Below are positions 8,460-20,129 of a stretch of DNA of 64,000 nucleotides, one piece after another. The translations under genes were made by a program, and so were the position numbers. Numbering within the stretch: position 1 is the first letter of the stretch; each line of letters begins with the position of its first letter. The stretch is from an uncultured Planctomycetota bacterium. GTDB lineage: Bacteria > Planctomycetota > Planctomycetia > Isosphaerales > Isosphaeraceae. The notes below the pieces were generated by a model. It searched no databases and had not been told where the DNA came from. It was given only the letters and a program-made list of their open reading frames with translations. Location: contig CAWJTV010000031.1 of the NCBI GenBank assembly GCA_963845755.1, forward strand, positions 1-64,000. The letters run 5' to 3'.

Positions 8460-11051
8460 TCACTGCGCGGCCGACGCGCCGACGCGGAACATCGAGTTGT
8501 CGCGATCGCCGCGGGACAGCAGGTAGGCGGTCAGGTCGAGGATCTCATCCCGGTCCAGCGTATCGAGGAGCCCTTCCGGCATCATCGAGACCGGTGATGC
8601 CTTCATCTCCTCGATCCTGCCGCGGCGGACGGTGATCATCCGGCTGGGGTCGAACATGTCGGTGTTAATAGACAGGCCATCATCATGCAGGTTGACGATC
8701 CGGCCGGTGATTACCCGGCCGTCGGTGGTGGCGATGATCACGGCCTCATATTGGTCGCTGATCGTCTTGCTGGGCAGGATGATTGACTCGAGCAGGTCGC
8801 GGGTATTGAACCGGCCGGCGATCCCCGAGAGATCGGGCCCGAGGCCGCCACCCTCGTTGTTGAAGCGATGACAGGCGAAGCACCTGGTCGCGGCAAACAT
8901 GAACCGGCCTCGGTCGTAATCGCGGCCTTTGAGTCCGTTCTCAATCAGAGGCACGAGTTCGTCAAGCGTCCACTTCTTGACGAATTTCCGTTCCGGACCG
9001 AAGGTGGCCGTCGCCGCCGGGGCCGGGCTGGCCTCCAGGATCGGCTTGAGACGGGCTTTCTCAGTGCTATCCAGGTTGGCGATCGCATCGCGGCGGATAT
9101 TCGCCACGAATCCACGCAGGCTGTTGCCCCCTTTGAACTGTGCGGCCCTGGGGAACCAGGCGAAGAACACGTCGCGAAGGGCGGGCGTCCATCCGGTCTT
9201 AAGCACTCGTAAGGCCCGGGCGTACTCGAGCTGGTCCTGCTGGGTGAGCGCCTCTTTCAACAGGCCGACGGTCTTCGTTGCCGCTTCGGGGGCCTGGAGG
9301 AAGACCAGAACCTGGGCGAGCTCGGCGTTGAGTTCGCGACTGGCTGCGGGATAGTGCGGGTCGAGCCGCCGGACCAGTCGGGCGACGGTCGCGTCGTCGG
9401 GCCGGCCGAAGCGGTTGAGGACGACCTGATAGACGCGAAGCAAGTCGAGTCGCCGCGCATGGTCAAGTTTATCCCAGCCGATGCGGTCGAGCGCCGCGAG
9501 GATCTTGTCGCGGAGGGCTGGGTCGGGAGGCGGATCGGTCTTCCGTCGGTGGGCCGGGTCCTGGGCGCTGACTTGGGTGAGGGCCAGGATGGCATTGAGG
9601 GTGGCCTCGGGATTTGTCGCCTCGGCGAGGGCTCGTGTCCGCCACCGTTCAGGGTCCTGAAACTCGACAGCCACGCGAGCGGCCCAGCGGATAAATCGAT
9701 CGGGATGGCCCAGGTACGGCCAGGCCAGATCGATGGCCTTCGGCTCAGTCCGGCCATGGAGCTGCTCGAGGTCGTGACGCACGGCGCGGGCCTTGAAGGT
9801 CGCCTGGCCTTCACCCGGCATCGCCTTTGCCGTCGCCTCGTCACCTTGATAGTTCACCCGGTAGAAGCCGGACTGCGTGTTCCGGCCGCCGACGGTGAAG
9901 TACATCGCTCCATCCTTCGGGTTGATCACGACGTCGGTCAGCGCCAATGGCGTGCCGGCCAGGAACTCCTCCAGCTCGCCGGTGTAGGTCGCCCCTTTCG
10001 GCTGGAGATGCAGCGCGTACAGCTTGCCGTAACTCCAGTCGCAGAGATAAAGCGCCTCCTGGTATTTTGACGGGAACTTCGCGCCATAGCCGAAGGCGAT
10101 GCCCGTCGGCGAGCCCGGCCCTACGTCGGCCGTTGCCGGCAGGCTATCAATGGTATAGGCCGGCCACTTGCCGGCTCCGTTGCGATAGCCGAACTCCGAG
10201 CCGCTAGTGACGTGGAGCACGCGAGTGGGACGGTACCAGGGTGTGTTGACGTCCCACTCCATGTCGGAATCATAAGTAAAGAGCTCGCCATCGCGGTTGA
10301 AGGCGATGTCGAATGGGTTGCGGAAGCCGATCGAGACGAGTTCCCAACGCATGCCATCCGGGCTGACGCGACAAATGTGACCGCCAGGAGCTTTCTCCCC
10401 TGTCATGAACCCGCTACCATCGACCATACGCGGCAACAGGTTGTCCTCGCCCCAGACCTTCGGTACGAGCGAACCGGAAAGCTCGGTGAGGTTCGTAGCG
10501 TTGCCGGCCACCACGTAGAGGGATTGCCCGTCGGGCGAGAGGATCACCGCGTGTGGCCCGTGCTCGCCGCTACCATTAAGCCTCCGGAGGAGTTCGACCT
10601 TGTCGAGCCGGTCGTCCCCGTTGGTATCGCGGACACGGTAAAGACCGCTGGCATACCTCCGGCCCCGGTTGACAACCACGTACAGGCTGTCGAACGCCCA
10701 GAGGAGCCCGTGAGCCTCACCGATCGCGACATCGATCGGCTCAACGTGAATCGTCTCAGCCTTCCCCCCGATTGGTGGCGGTGTGACGTGGAATAGTTTC
10801 CCGTATTGATCCGAGACGATCAGCCGTCCCTTGGGGTCAACGGTCATGTTCACCCAAGAGCCTTGCGTTTCTCGTGGCACGGAGTAAAGCAGTTCGACGA
10901 GGAACCCCTTCGGTGCTTTGATCCGCACCGCCGGTGTGGAAGACGCTTTCTGATCGGCCCGTTGGCCCTTCTCCGGCACCTGCGCGAACGCCCCGGAAGG
11001 AAGCATTGCGAGAAAGATCGCCCACGCCAACCGCCGCTTAACCGCTCTCAT
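8460..11051 (-). CDS. PVC-type heme-binding protein (sorbosone-dehydrogenase-like propeller, helical repeats, cytochrome c)
   Basis: Signal peptide; GFRNPFDIAFN; C-terminal CFACH...GPDLS...SMMPEGL. Confidence 0.9.
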   Translation of the reverse strand: MRAVKRRLAWAIFLAMLPSGAFAQVPEKGQRADQKASSTPAVRIKAPKGFLVELLYSVPRETQGSWVNMTVDPKGRLIVSDQYGKLFHVTPPPIGGKAETIHVEPIDVAIGEAHGLLWAFDSLYVVVNRGRRYASGLYRVRDTNGDDRLDKVELLRRLNGSGEHGPHAVILSPDGQSLYVVAGNATNLTELSGSLVPKVWGEDNLLPRMVDGSGFMTGEKAPGGHICRVSPDGMRWELVSIGFRNPFDIAFNRDGELFTYDSDMEWDVNTPWYRPTRVLHVTSGSEFGYRNGAGKWPAYTIDSLPATADVGPGSPTGIAFGYGAKFPSKYQEALYLCDWSYGKLYALHLQPKGATYTGELEEFLAGTPLALTDVVINPKDGAMYFTVGGRNTQSGFYRVNYQGDEATAKAMPGEGQATFKARAVRHDLEQLHGRTEPKAIDLAWPYLGHPDRFIRWAARVAVEFQDPERWRTRALAEATNPEATLNAILALTQVSAQDPAHRRKTDPPPDPALRDKILAALDRIGWDKLDHARRLDLLRVYQVVLNRFGRPDDATVARLVRRLDPHYPAASRELNAELAQVLVFLQAPEAATKTVGLLKEALTQQDQLEYARALRVLKTGWTPALRDVFFAWFPRAAQFKGGNSLRGFVANIRRDAIANLDSTEKARLKPILEASPAPAATATFGPERKFVKKWTLDELVPLIENGLKGRDYDRGRFMFAATRCFACHRFNNEGGGLGPDLSGIAGRFNTRDLLESIILPSKTISDQYEAVIIATTDGRVITGRIVNLHDDGLSINTDMFDPSRMITVRRGRIEEMKASPVSMMPEGLLDTLDRDEILDLTAYLLSRGDRDNSMFRVGASAAQ

Positions 11052-11507
11052 CCGACTCGCTCCCCCTGAACTCGGGTACTGTCACGCCGACAAGAAAACC
11101 TGACCTACCTGAGACTCACCTCGGTGGACACCACCTTCGTGACCACAGTCGTAAGACCGTGATTCGCGTGGGGAACCTCCAACCTCGCACCTAAGTGCGA
11201 CCGGCGCCGTGATCAGGCTGACGCCCGAGGCTGGTGGGGTACGCCCCGTCCGAACCACGCACTCACGTGCCTGGTCACCGATGGCGGGCTCGCTCAAAGC
11301 GGTGGTCTTCGGCGAGAGGTCTCGAATCAATCGACCTGAAGCCACTATTTGGTAATCGCCCGATCCGCGTCAAGGCTCTCGGGTAGAAATCACCCGGTTA
11401 GCGCTCTCCTGGATCGGGTGTCTGGATACCTCGATCGGCTCCGATTGGATAAGATGATTCGCAAGGATTCGAGTCAGCATCGGAGGCCTGTGAGCAACGG
11501 AGGTAAC

Positions 11508-13283
11508 ATGGAACAGGCGACGGGATCAAGGTGGGAACTACGGCGGGTCCTCCGGCTAGCGATGTTAGTCGTGCTGGGTCTCGGGGGGGTTCTCGCGGTG
11601 TGTCTCGGACCACCGTGGTTTCACGCGTTCGTCCCGATCGCGATGCGCCGTCGCATCGTCGTCCAGCTCCTCCTGGCCGCCCAGATCACATATGGCATCC
11701 TGCTGGCCATCGTGCCGGTCGCGCTGATCGCCCTGACCGTCGCGCTGATCCGGACAAGGGTGCGCAGCGCACGGCAGCCCCTCTTGGTTCGCGGGGTGGC
11801 TCTGTGCGTCGCCATCGGCGTCTCCATGGCCATAGCGGAGGGTGTATCGTCGGCTTGGCTGACCTGGACGCGAGTCCCGATGCCCTGGCTCAAGACGCGG
11901 TTCCCCGACCCGACCGACGAGGATACGGTGAATATCCTCGTGCTCGGAGAGTCGAGTGCCTTCGGCGTCCCCTATCAAGATTGGCTCTCGCCGACCGAGA
12001 TCGTTGCCTGGAAACTACGAGAAGCCATCCCCGACCGGCGATTTGTCATTGAGACTCTGGCGCGTCCCGGACTGACGCTGGACAAGATTCATTTCTGGAT
12101 GATGAGTATGCAGCATCGTCCGGACCTCGTAATCCTCTATGCCGGGCACAACGAATTCGACAGTCGCTATGACTGGAGTCACGCGGCCGTCCATTATGCG
12201 GACGAGATGACCTCGCGCCGCGTGACTCTCGCCAGCTTTGCCCGCGAGCATTCTCCCCTGTGCCGACTCATCCAGCAAACGATCGGGATCTACCGCACCT
12301 CGATCCCTCCGCCGCGGCACGTCACGCGCCAGTTGGTGGACGTCCCGGTATTCACGGCCGCCGAGTACGCCGAGAGGCTCCACGACTTCCGGACTCGGCT
12401 GGAAGCCATTGTGTCCTATTGCGAGCGGCTAGGTGCCCTGGTCGTGATGGTGCCTCCTCCGGGGAATGATGCCGACTTCGAGCCGAATCGGTCGTTCCTG
12501 CCGACGCGGACGACGCGGGCGGAGCGCCTCGAGTTCGCGCGTGCGTTCGAAGCGGCGCGTGAGGCCGAGCAGGGGGACGCGGTCCGGGCAATCTCCGCCT
12601 ATCGTAGGCTCCTGGCTCGTCAGCCTGGCTTCGCCGACGCCCACTTCCGCCTGGCCCGCCTACTTGAGGCGGCGGGGCGGCGGGATGAGGCAAACCAGCA
12701 TTACGTAGCCGCCCGCGATGATGACGGATTTCCGATGCGCTGCACGTCCGACTTCCTGGGCGCCTATCGTGAGGTTGCGGCATGTCATCCGCGAACCATC
12801 CTCGTCGATGCCCCGGAATTGTTCCGAACGTTCAGCCCGCGCGGCACGCTGGGGGACGAGCTCTTCGCCGACGGGCTCCATCCGTCGCTGATCGGATTCA
12901 CCGAGCTGGCCCAGGCGATACTCAAGGCCCTTCATGCGCGCCGCGTATTTGGCTGGCCCGAAACCTCGTCGCCACCGGTCGTCACGCCTTCCGAGTGTGC
13001 CACCCACTTCGGGATGGACCGGAAGAAATGGGCGTTGATCTGCGAATACGTCGTTTGGTACTATCAGATGACCGCATATATCCGGTACGACCCTTCGGAG
13101 CGGCTTGCCAAAGCCGTTCGGTTCCGAGATGCGCAACACCGGCTTGAGCAAGGGAGCAGCCCCGAAACGCTCCAGATCCCGGGAATCGGCACGGAGTGGT
13201 GGCCACCTGTATCGCATTCATCCGAGCACGAGTCGAGATCCGGTCGGACCCGGCGCGTGATCGGGGCATCGTCGCTTCCGTAA
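11508..13283 (+). CDS. Membrane-anchored SGNH/GDSL hydrolase with TPR, paralog 1
   Basis: Three N-terminal TM helices; LGESSA, AGHNEF and DGLHP blocks; TPR-like FADAHFRLARLL; GGAGGT RBS before 11508. Confidence 0.75.
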   Translation: MEQATGSRWELRRVLRLAMLVVLGLGGVLAVCLGPPWFHAFVPIAMRRRIVVQLLLAAQITYGILLAIVPVALIALTVALIRTRVRSARQPLLVRGVALCVAIGVSMAIAEGVSSAWLTWTRVPMPWLKTRFPDPTDEDTVNILVLGESSAFGVPYQDWLSPTEIVAWKLREAIPDRRFVIETLARPGLTLDKIHFWMMSMQHRPDLVILYAGHNEFDSRYDWSHAAVHYADEMTSRRVTLASFAREHSPLCRLIQQTIGIYRTSIPPPRHVTRQLVDVPVFTAAEYAERLHDFRTRLEAIVSYCERLGALVVMVPPPGNDADFEPNRSFLPTRTTRAERLEFARAFEAAREAEQGDAVRAISAYRRLLARQPGFADAHFRLARLLEAAGRRDEANQHYVAARDDDGFPMRCTSDFLGAYREVAACHPRTILVDAPELFRTFSPRGTLGDELFADGLHPSLIGFTELAQAILKALHARRVFGWPETSSPPVVTPSECATHFGMDRKKWALICEYVVWYYQMTAYIRYDPSERLAKAVRFRDAQHRLEQGSSPETLQIPGIGTEWWPPVSHSSEHESRSGRTRRVIGASSLP

Positions 13284-13353
13284 GACTCGGGCCTTTGGAT
13301 AGGATATGGGACGGGACTGAGGTCGAGGTCAAGGGCTGGGGCAGGGGGGATAA

Positions 13354-15175
13354 ATGGATCAGGGATTTCGATCGAACCGGTCGCGGGCTCGCCCGTACTG
13401 GCTCGCAAGGATGACCGCACTGGCAGTCCTCGTATTCGCGGCGATGCGCCTCGTGCCGCCGTGGGTTCGTGCAGTGATCCCCGACATGTTGATCAAGCGA
13501 TTCATACTCCGGCTCTTGCTGGCCACCCAGTTCGCCTATGGGGTCCTTCTGCCAGCCCTCCCGGTCGCGTTGATTGTCTTGACCGTCGCGCTGCTCCGAG
13601 CACGGCGGCGCGGTGCGCGGCGACCCGTGCTGGCTCGCGGCCTTGCGGCGTGCGTCGCGGCCGTGCTCGCCTCAGCCATGGCGGAGGGTGTCGCGGCGGC
13701 CTGGCTCACGTGGAGTCAGTCGACCGCTCCTTCGCTCCCGACCCGATTCTCCAACCCTCCTCCCAGGATTACGGACGGGCATGAGAAGGATGCCGGCGAC
13801 TCCGAGGCGCTGCCGACCGGGTTCGCCGATCGCGCGGACGACGAGACGCTAGATATTATCGTGATCGGAGGATCCAGCGCATGCGGCGTTCCTTACCACA
13901 AATGGCTCTCGGTCGGCAGGATCGTCGCCTGGAAGCTTCAGGAGGCGCTCCCACATCGGCGATTCCGGGTCGAACACGTGGCTCGCCTCGGGATCACACT
14001 GGAAGGGGCCCACAAGCTGATGAGCGGCCTGATTCACCGACCGGACCTGGTGATCCTCTACTCCGGTCACAACGAATTCGACGCCCGCTATAATTGGGGC
14101 CTGACACCCCTGTACTACGTTCAACGACACTCCCCCGACTCCAGTGACGCTCGAATCGGCTGGTCGCAACCTATCCCCCGTCTGCCAGCTTATCCAGCAG
14201 ACGATCGAGATCTACCAGATCTCTCTTCCGCCCCCGCCGCGCATCTTTCGCCCGTTGGTCAACGTCCCCGTTTATACCGCGGCGGAGTACACCGAGCGGT
14301 TGCACGATTTCGGCACGCGGCTAGAAGAGATCGTATCCTACTGCGAGCGAGTGGGCGCCCTGGTGGTGATGGTGGCGCCTCCGAGCAACGAGGCCGATTA
14401 CGAGCCGAATCGGTCGTTTCTGCCGCCCAGGACCACGCGGGCGGAACGGGCGCGATTTACGCGCGACTTCCTGGCGGCGCTGAAGACCGAGGCGGTCAAC
14501 CCCATCGAGGGCATCGCTGCATTCCGTGCGCTCCTGGCGCACCAGCCCGGCTTCGCCGAAGCCCACTACCGGCTGGGTCGACTGCTCGAAGCGGATGGCC
14601 GGCGCGATGAGGCGAACCAACACTATGTAGCGGCGCGCGATTGTGATGGATTCCCGGTACGCTGTCTATCCGACTTCCTCAACGCCTATCATGAGGTCGC
14701 GGGGCGTCATCCCCGCGCGATCCTGGTCGATGGGCCGGAAGTTCTTCGGAAGTTGAGCCCGAGTGGCACTGTTGGAGACGATTTCATCGCCGACGGCCAC
14801 CATCCGTCGATCATCGGATACTCGGCACTGTCCGAGTGGATTCTTCAAGAACTGCACGCGCGTCGGGCGTTCGACTGGCCTGCCTCATCCCCGGCACCGG
14901 TCGTGAGCCCGTCCGAGTGCGCCGCACACTTCAATATGGATCCGAAGAGATGGAGAGCCGCTTGCTACTATATCAAACTTTTCTACGACTTGACCGCATA
15001 CATCCGGTACGACCCATCGCAGCGCATCGCCCAGGCCGATCGCTACAAGGAAGCGATTCGGCGGATCGATGAGGGAATCAGCCCCGAAACGATCCAGCTC
15101 TCAGGAGTTGGCACGCGGCCATTGCCTGTTCTGTCGCACATGACGGTGCACGAGATGGCTCCCCACCACAATTGA
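13354..15175 (+). CDS. Membrane-anchored SGNH/GDSL hydrolase with TPR, paralog 2 (frameshift near 14120)
   Basis: IGGSSA and SGHNEF in ORF 13354-14610; DGHHP in ORF 14144-15175; colinear with paralog 1. Confidence 0.75.
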
Positions 15176-15186
15176 AGATGTCCTAG

Positions 15187-15610
15187 CCTGGATTCCCATG
15201 GAGGCAAAAACGGGGTAGGCTACGACGCAATCCATAAACGAAGCAAAATTCGTCGAAGTGGGTTTTCCCCTGGATTTCAAGTGGTTCTGGCTTGAAACGG
15301 CTCATCGAAACGCCTCTCTCGATGTTAGGTGATCCGTAAACTGAAAAAAGAGCATCCACGGTGTCAACTCAATGCATCCACTGTGGTGAATTCGATAGAT
15401 TTGTCGCAAGAACCCCTTGTTTTCCAGGAGGAAGTGAGATTCGATCGACGAACATATCATCCATGGTGATCAAGTTAACTTAGTGGGAGACCCACCTTTA
15501 ACTCTTGGAGGAGCATAACCAGTTCCGAGGCGAAAAGCTGAGTATCGCGGGCTTTTTTCCAATCATGCGGCAACAAATGTTAGCCCAATCTGCCTCCATG
15601 GGAATCCAGG
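15187..15610. mobile_element. MITE (424 bp) with 20-bp perfect TIRs and CTAG flanks; IS1380-like ends
   Basis: ctag-CCTGGATTCCCATGGAGGCA (15183-15206) is the exact reverse complement of TGCCTCCATGGGAATCCAGG-ctag (15591-15614). Interior is AT-rich and has no transposase. Confidence 0.85.
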
Positions 15611-15676
15611 CTAGAGGCGGGCGCAGGCGGGAATGAGAGCCGGGTTCGTACGACGCTTGAAGGAGAGAGGATTCCC

Positions 15677-16322
15677 GTGGGACCGATCCTGCTGGGCGCG
15701 GTGGAAGGCGGACGCTGGAAGCCCGGAATTGGCGACCCAACCGTGATGGGCTGGGTGACGGTGGCGGCCTACTTCGTCACGGCCGTCGGTTGCTATGGTG
15801 CCGCCTGGCGCGAGCCCTTGCCCAACGGTACGCGACGCACGCCCTCGCGTCCATCGGTTTTCTGGCTGATCCTCGCCAGCCTGATGGTGGCGCTGGGGAT
15901 CAATAAGCAGCTCGACCTCCAGAGCCTCGTCACGCAGATCGGCCGGGACCTGATCTCCGCATGGGATTTATACGGGAAGCGTCGCGCACTCCAGGTCGCA
16001 TTCATCCTGGCGGTCGCGATGGCGTGCGCCGGCTCGCTCGCGGCGCTGCTCTGGGTCGCGCGGGCGCTCGCTCCGACATCGATGGCCGGCGATAGTCGGG
16101 ATGTTATTCATCCTCGGCTTTGTCCTGATACGTGCCTCATCGTTCCACAATGTTGACGTCCTGCTCTCCGCTCGACTGGGCGGCGTGAAGTGGAACTGGA
16201 TCTTCGAGCTGGGTGGGATCGCGGTCGTCGGCCTGGCGGCCTTCCGGATCGCCATCGCCCGACCGCCCCGTCTCCCTCGCCCCGAGAACGCCATGACCTA
16301 TCAATATCGCGTCAATCGCTGA
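15677..16322 (+). CDS. Multi-pass membrane protein (frameshift near 16070)
   Basis: GDPTVMGW...GINKQLDLQS in ORF 15677-16156 continues as FVLIRASSFH...NWIFELGG in ORF 16101-16322. Confidence 0.7.
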
Positions 16323-16356
16323 GGCACTGGCCTCTGGCCGCCGTTTCGGAAGCCGA

Positions 16357-17424
16357 TCACAACCCGAGACGATCGCGAGCGAAAGCCAAGCAGCGGCGGA
16401 CGTTCTCGGCCTCTGCGCGGAGTTGCCCCTCATGGGGCAACTGCCTGATGTGAGGGAGGGGATGGCTCGGCGGATGGTCGCGGACGAGGGTCAGCATCCT
16501 CGCAAGGTGTCGCGCCGGCAAGTCAGGGAAAGTCGCCCAGTATCGATCGGTGAGGCACGGCACCTTGAGCGGGTCGCGCGTGATCATCTCGATGTTGAAC
16601 CGAATCCCTGCGCAGGCGGATCGCAGGATTCGGACGACTCGGGGAAGGTCGAGGAGTCCGTTGCCGAAGACGACCTCGGAGAGCAGGAAACCATCCTGGT
16701 ACTCCTCGAGGCCCATGTCCTTGAAGTGCGAGGTGAACGCTCGAGGTGCGAGCACCTCGACCACGTCCATCGGGTCTTCCAGCAGTGCGATGCTGTTCCC
16801 CGTATCGAGGCAGACTCCCACGTGCTCGTTCCCGGCGCACTTCAGCACGGCAAGCAGTTCGTCGGCGCGCCAATCCTTGTGGTTCTCAACGGCCAGGAAG
16901 ACGCCGTGCCGGGCGACGACAGGTGCGGCCAACTGGAGAGCGTGGATCGAGGCATCGCCGAATCGCTTGAAAGCATCGAGCGTGGCGAAGGTCTCGTATC
17001 GCCGTCCCGAGAGCATCACGGTCCGGACGACCTCGGCACCGGCTTGCTTCGCAGTGCGGATTTCGGCTTCGAACCGATCGAGACCCGATTGATCGCGCGG
17101 TAGGGCCACAATCCCCTCCACGTACATCGACGACGCCTCGGCCCGTTCGCGGATGACGCGGGCGCCGGCCTCCTCGCGAGACCCCAGGCCGACCTGGACG
17201 CCCCGGGCGCCTAGCGATCGGGCATGATCGAGGAACCGGATCGGGTCGGCGAATCGATCCTCGGCTCGACGGTCCCGATCGCCCATGGTGCTGATGGGGA
17301 ACGAGTGGATTACCAGGCCTAGGGACTTGCGATCGTCGGTTGATGCCGTGAGCGAATAGGGCAGGGTGGGGAAGGCGCCGGCAGAAGAACAAGCGGCGAT
17401 CATCGCGCGGCGGGTCAGTTGCAT
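16357..17424 (-). CDS. Sugar-phosphate isomerase/epimerase TIM-barrel protein with Tat signal
   Basis: LTRR signal; AVENHKD, CLDTGN and HFKD metal motifs. Confidence 0.85.
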   Translation of the reverse strand: MQLTRRAMIAACSSAGAFPTLPYSLTASTDDRKSLGLVIHSFPISTMGDRDRRAEDRFADPIRFLDHARSLGARGVQVGLGSREEAGARVIRERAEASSMYVEGIVALPRDQSGLDRFEAEIRTAKQAGAEVVRTVMLSGRRYETFATLDAFKRFGDASIHALQLAAPVVARHGVFLAVENHKDWRADELLAVLKCAGNEHVGVCLDTGNSIALLEDPMDVVEVLAPRAFTSHFKDMGLEEYQDGFLLSEVVFGNGLLDLPRVVRILRSACAGIRFNIEMITRDPLKVPCLTDRYWATFPDLPARHLARMLTLVRDHPPSHPLPHIRQLPHEGQLRAEAENVRRCLAFARDRLGL

Positions 17425-17427
17425 AGG

Positions 17428-18827
17428 TCACCCCCTCCCGATGAGGCTCTTGAGTTCGTTATCCCAGGGAGTACGGTACGGCCGCTCGAGCCGGTTTTCG
17501 GCCTCGCGGTCGTCGACGACCGTCTCGCGATCGGCGTCCCAGCGGAGCTTTCGGCCGAGGCGGAGGGACAGGTTCGCCAGGTGGCAAGCCGTGACGACCC
17601 GGTGAGCGCCTTCGAGATCCGAAATCGGATCGCGCCGCGATCGGATGCATTCGAGGAAGTTCTGGGCATGGCGCCGGAACTGGTCGTACTCGTTGCCGGA
17701 GCGATCTTCGACGGCGCTGGTCCATTTCACGGATGACTCTCGGTTACCGGTGCCCACTGGGCCGCCGATGGGATGCGCGCTGCCAAATCGCGGGATTGCG
17801 TCGGTTGGCGCGATCTTTGGGTCGGGGATGACGACGAATCCCCTGCGGGAGATCGTCATGCTGCCGCGAGTCCCGCAGAATTCCAGGCCGTTCGTCGGCG
17901 CCGCGCCGCGACTGCACTCCCGCTCCGACCAGGTCACTGTCCAGCCCGGGTATTCGAAGATTGCATCCTGAGTATCGGGAGTCTCGCCGTTATCTTTGAG
18001 GACGAACCGTCCGCCCGAGCTGGTCACTGCCGCCGGCGCCGCGCGCACCAAGGAACCACTGCACGATATCCAGGGCGTGCTGTCCGAGGTTGGTCATCTG
18101 GCCGCCGGAATAGTCCCAGAACCATCGGAAATGGTAGAGAGACCGATTCGGGTTGTACGGCCGCTTCGGAGCGGGACCCAGCCAGAGATCGTAATCCAGT
18201 CCAGCCGGCGGGTCGCCGTCGGGCGGCGAGCCGAAGCCGGGCATCACGTTGCGGTAGGACCACATCCGGACCGCGACAACCTGACCGATGTGGCCGCTCT
18301 GGATCAGATCGCGGGCTTTCTGATAGTGTGGGCCAGACCGCTGCTGCGTGCCGACCTGCACGACCCTCTTGTGTCGCTGGGCCACGTCAACCATCCACCG
18401 CCCTTCGCGGACGAACAGGCTCAGAGGCTTCTCGACATAGACGTCCTTGCCCGCGGCACAGGCCATCATGGTCATCAAGGCGTGCCAGTGGTCCGGCGTT
18501 GAGATCACCACTGAGTCAACGTCCTTATCGTCGAGCAGACTGCGGAAATCGCCATAGCCCCTCGGCTGGCCGCCCATCAGGGCGACCGCCTCCTCTCGAC
18601 GACCGCGATGGACCTCGGCGACGGCGACCATCTCCGCCCCCGTCTGATCCCGGAAGTCGAGTACGTGCCGCTTCCCGATCAGGCCGAACCCGATGAAGCC
18701 CACGCCTACTCGGTCGTTTGCCGCCCAAGACGCGTCGATAGGCTCCGGCGGAAAGGGTCGCGGCAGTGGCGCCTCCGAGCAGCGTGCGGCGACTCAATCC
18801 AGGCCGACCGATTTTGGTTCCGCGCAT
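17428..18827 (-). CDS. Gfo/Idh/MocA oxidoreductase with Tat signal (frameshifts near 18720 and 18040)
   Basis: SRRTLL; GFIGFGLIG; STPDHWH; KDVYVEKP; VQVGTQQRS; YRTPW C-terminus. Confidence 0.85.
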
Positions 18828-18914
18828 CGCCTCGGACTCCCTCGGAGAAACTGAGAGGAGACCAGTCTCACGACGTCAGATTTCAATTGTGGTCAGTGTC
18901 GAGCAACCTGGTCA

Positions 18915-20129
18915 TCATCGTTTCAATTCGCGCAGGTTCTCGAAGAGATAGAGTCCGCTCTTACCGGGGCAGACGAGGTCGATATCACCATCGTTGTCGA
19001 TGTCGATAGCCGTCACCTGGAGGCCGGTACCGGCGGTGCCGGGCGCGAAGTCTCTGAGTGCCAGACGATCGCCGCCCTTGGCAGGTGCGTTCTTCGCCGG
19101 CTCTCCCTGGAAGATGACGTGCTTCACCCATTCTTTCGAATGCGGGTCAAACCGATACCAGGCGATCACGGATCCGTCGGTGGCGCCGGGCTCGATCTCG
19201 TGGGCATAGACCCGCTTGCCGGTCACCAACTCGAGCGCGTTGCCGTCGCCGTCGATGTCGGCCCAGAGCAGGGTGTGGACCGACGCGATCGACTGGTCGA
19301 TCGTTTGCTTGGTCCAGCTCCGCTCGCCACCGGAGTTCCTCCCCTGATGAAGCCAGAAGAGCCCGTAGTTGTGGCCCATGCCGTAGACGATGTCGGAGAG
19401 GCCATCGCCGTCCACGTCGCGCGCGAGGATCTGGATCCCCGTCGCGCCGAGCTGCCATTCGGGGTGCCAGGCCCAGCTCTGATGCGCGGGATCTGATGGT
19501 GCCTCAAACCACCCTTTCGGAGTGAGCAAGTCGACCCGGCCGTCGCCGTTGACGTCGCCCGAGCCCACGCCGTGACCGGCGCCATCGGTGCCGAAGTCGT
19601 GCTTCTTGAGACCGCGCCCTTTGCCGTCGGGCCGCATGACGATCTCATACCAGACCACCGTGTTCACGGTATTGGGCAGGACATCAGGGACGCCGTCCCC
19701 CGTGAGGTCTACCATCCAGGCGGCCTCGATATTCCCCGGGCGATCGATTTCGTGGGAGGTCCACGGCGAGCCGGCTTTCCCGGGGTTCTCGACCCAGCCC
19801 ACGTCCTTGCCGAAGTAGGAGCACGTCACGAAGTCGGTCTGGCCATCGCCGTTGACGTCGAGCGGGAGGGTCGCGAAGTCATTGTAGTAAGTGCCCTGTC
19901 TCGTCACCTCGCGAACGTGATACCGTTTCCACGAGGGACCCTGATACCAGGTATCGCCCGAGACGATGTCGAGGTGGCCGTCCTTGTCGACATCGAGAAC
20001 GCCTGCGGCCTCGAACTCGCTACGGCCGTTGATCGTATGCTGCTTCCACTTCGGCTCTTCCGCTCGTAAGGCCACGGCGGCAAGGACGACGATCAACCAG
20101 GCGGCCGGAATGGCTCGGAAACGATTCAT
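18915..20129 (-). CDS. Secreted FG-GAP/VCBS repeat beta-propeller protein
   Basis: Multiple DVNGDG/DVDGDG/DIDNDG repeats; signal peptide from ATG 20129. Confidence 0.85.
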   Translation of the reverse strand: MNRFRAIPAAWLIVVLAAVALRAEEPKWKQHTINGRSEFEAAGVLDVDKDGHLDIVSGDTWYQGPSWKRYHVREVTRQGTYYNDFATLPLDVNGDGQTDFVTCSYFGKDVGWVENPGKAGSPWTSHEIDRPGNIEAAWMVDLTGDGVPDVLPNTVNTVVWYEIVMRPDGKGRGLKKHDFGTDGAGHGVGSGDVNGDGRVDLLTPKGWFEAPSDPAHQSWAWHPEWQLGATGIQILARDVDGDGLSDIVYGMGHNYGLFWLHQGRNSGGERSWTKQTIDQSIASVHTLLWADIDGDGNALELVTGKRVYAHEIEPGATDGSVIAWYRFDPHSKEWVKHVIFQGEPAKNAPAKGGDRLALRDFAPGTAGTGLQVTAIDIDNDGDIDLVCPGKSGLYLFENLRELKR

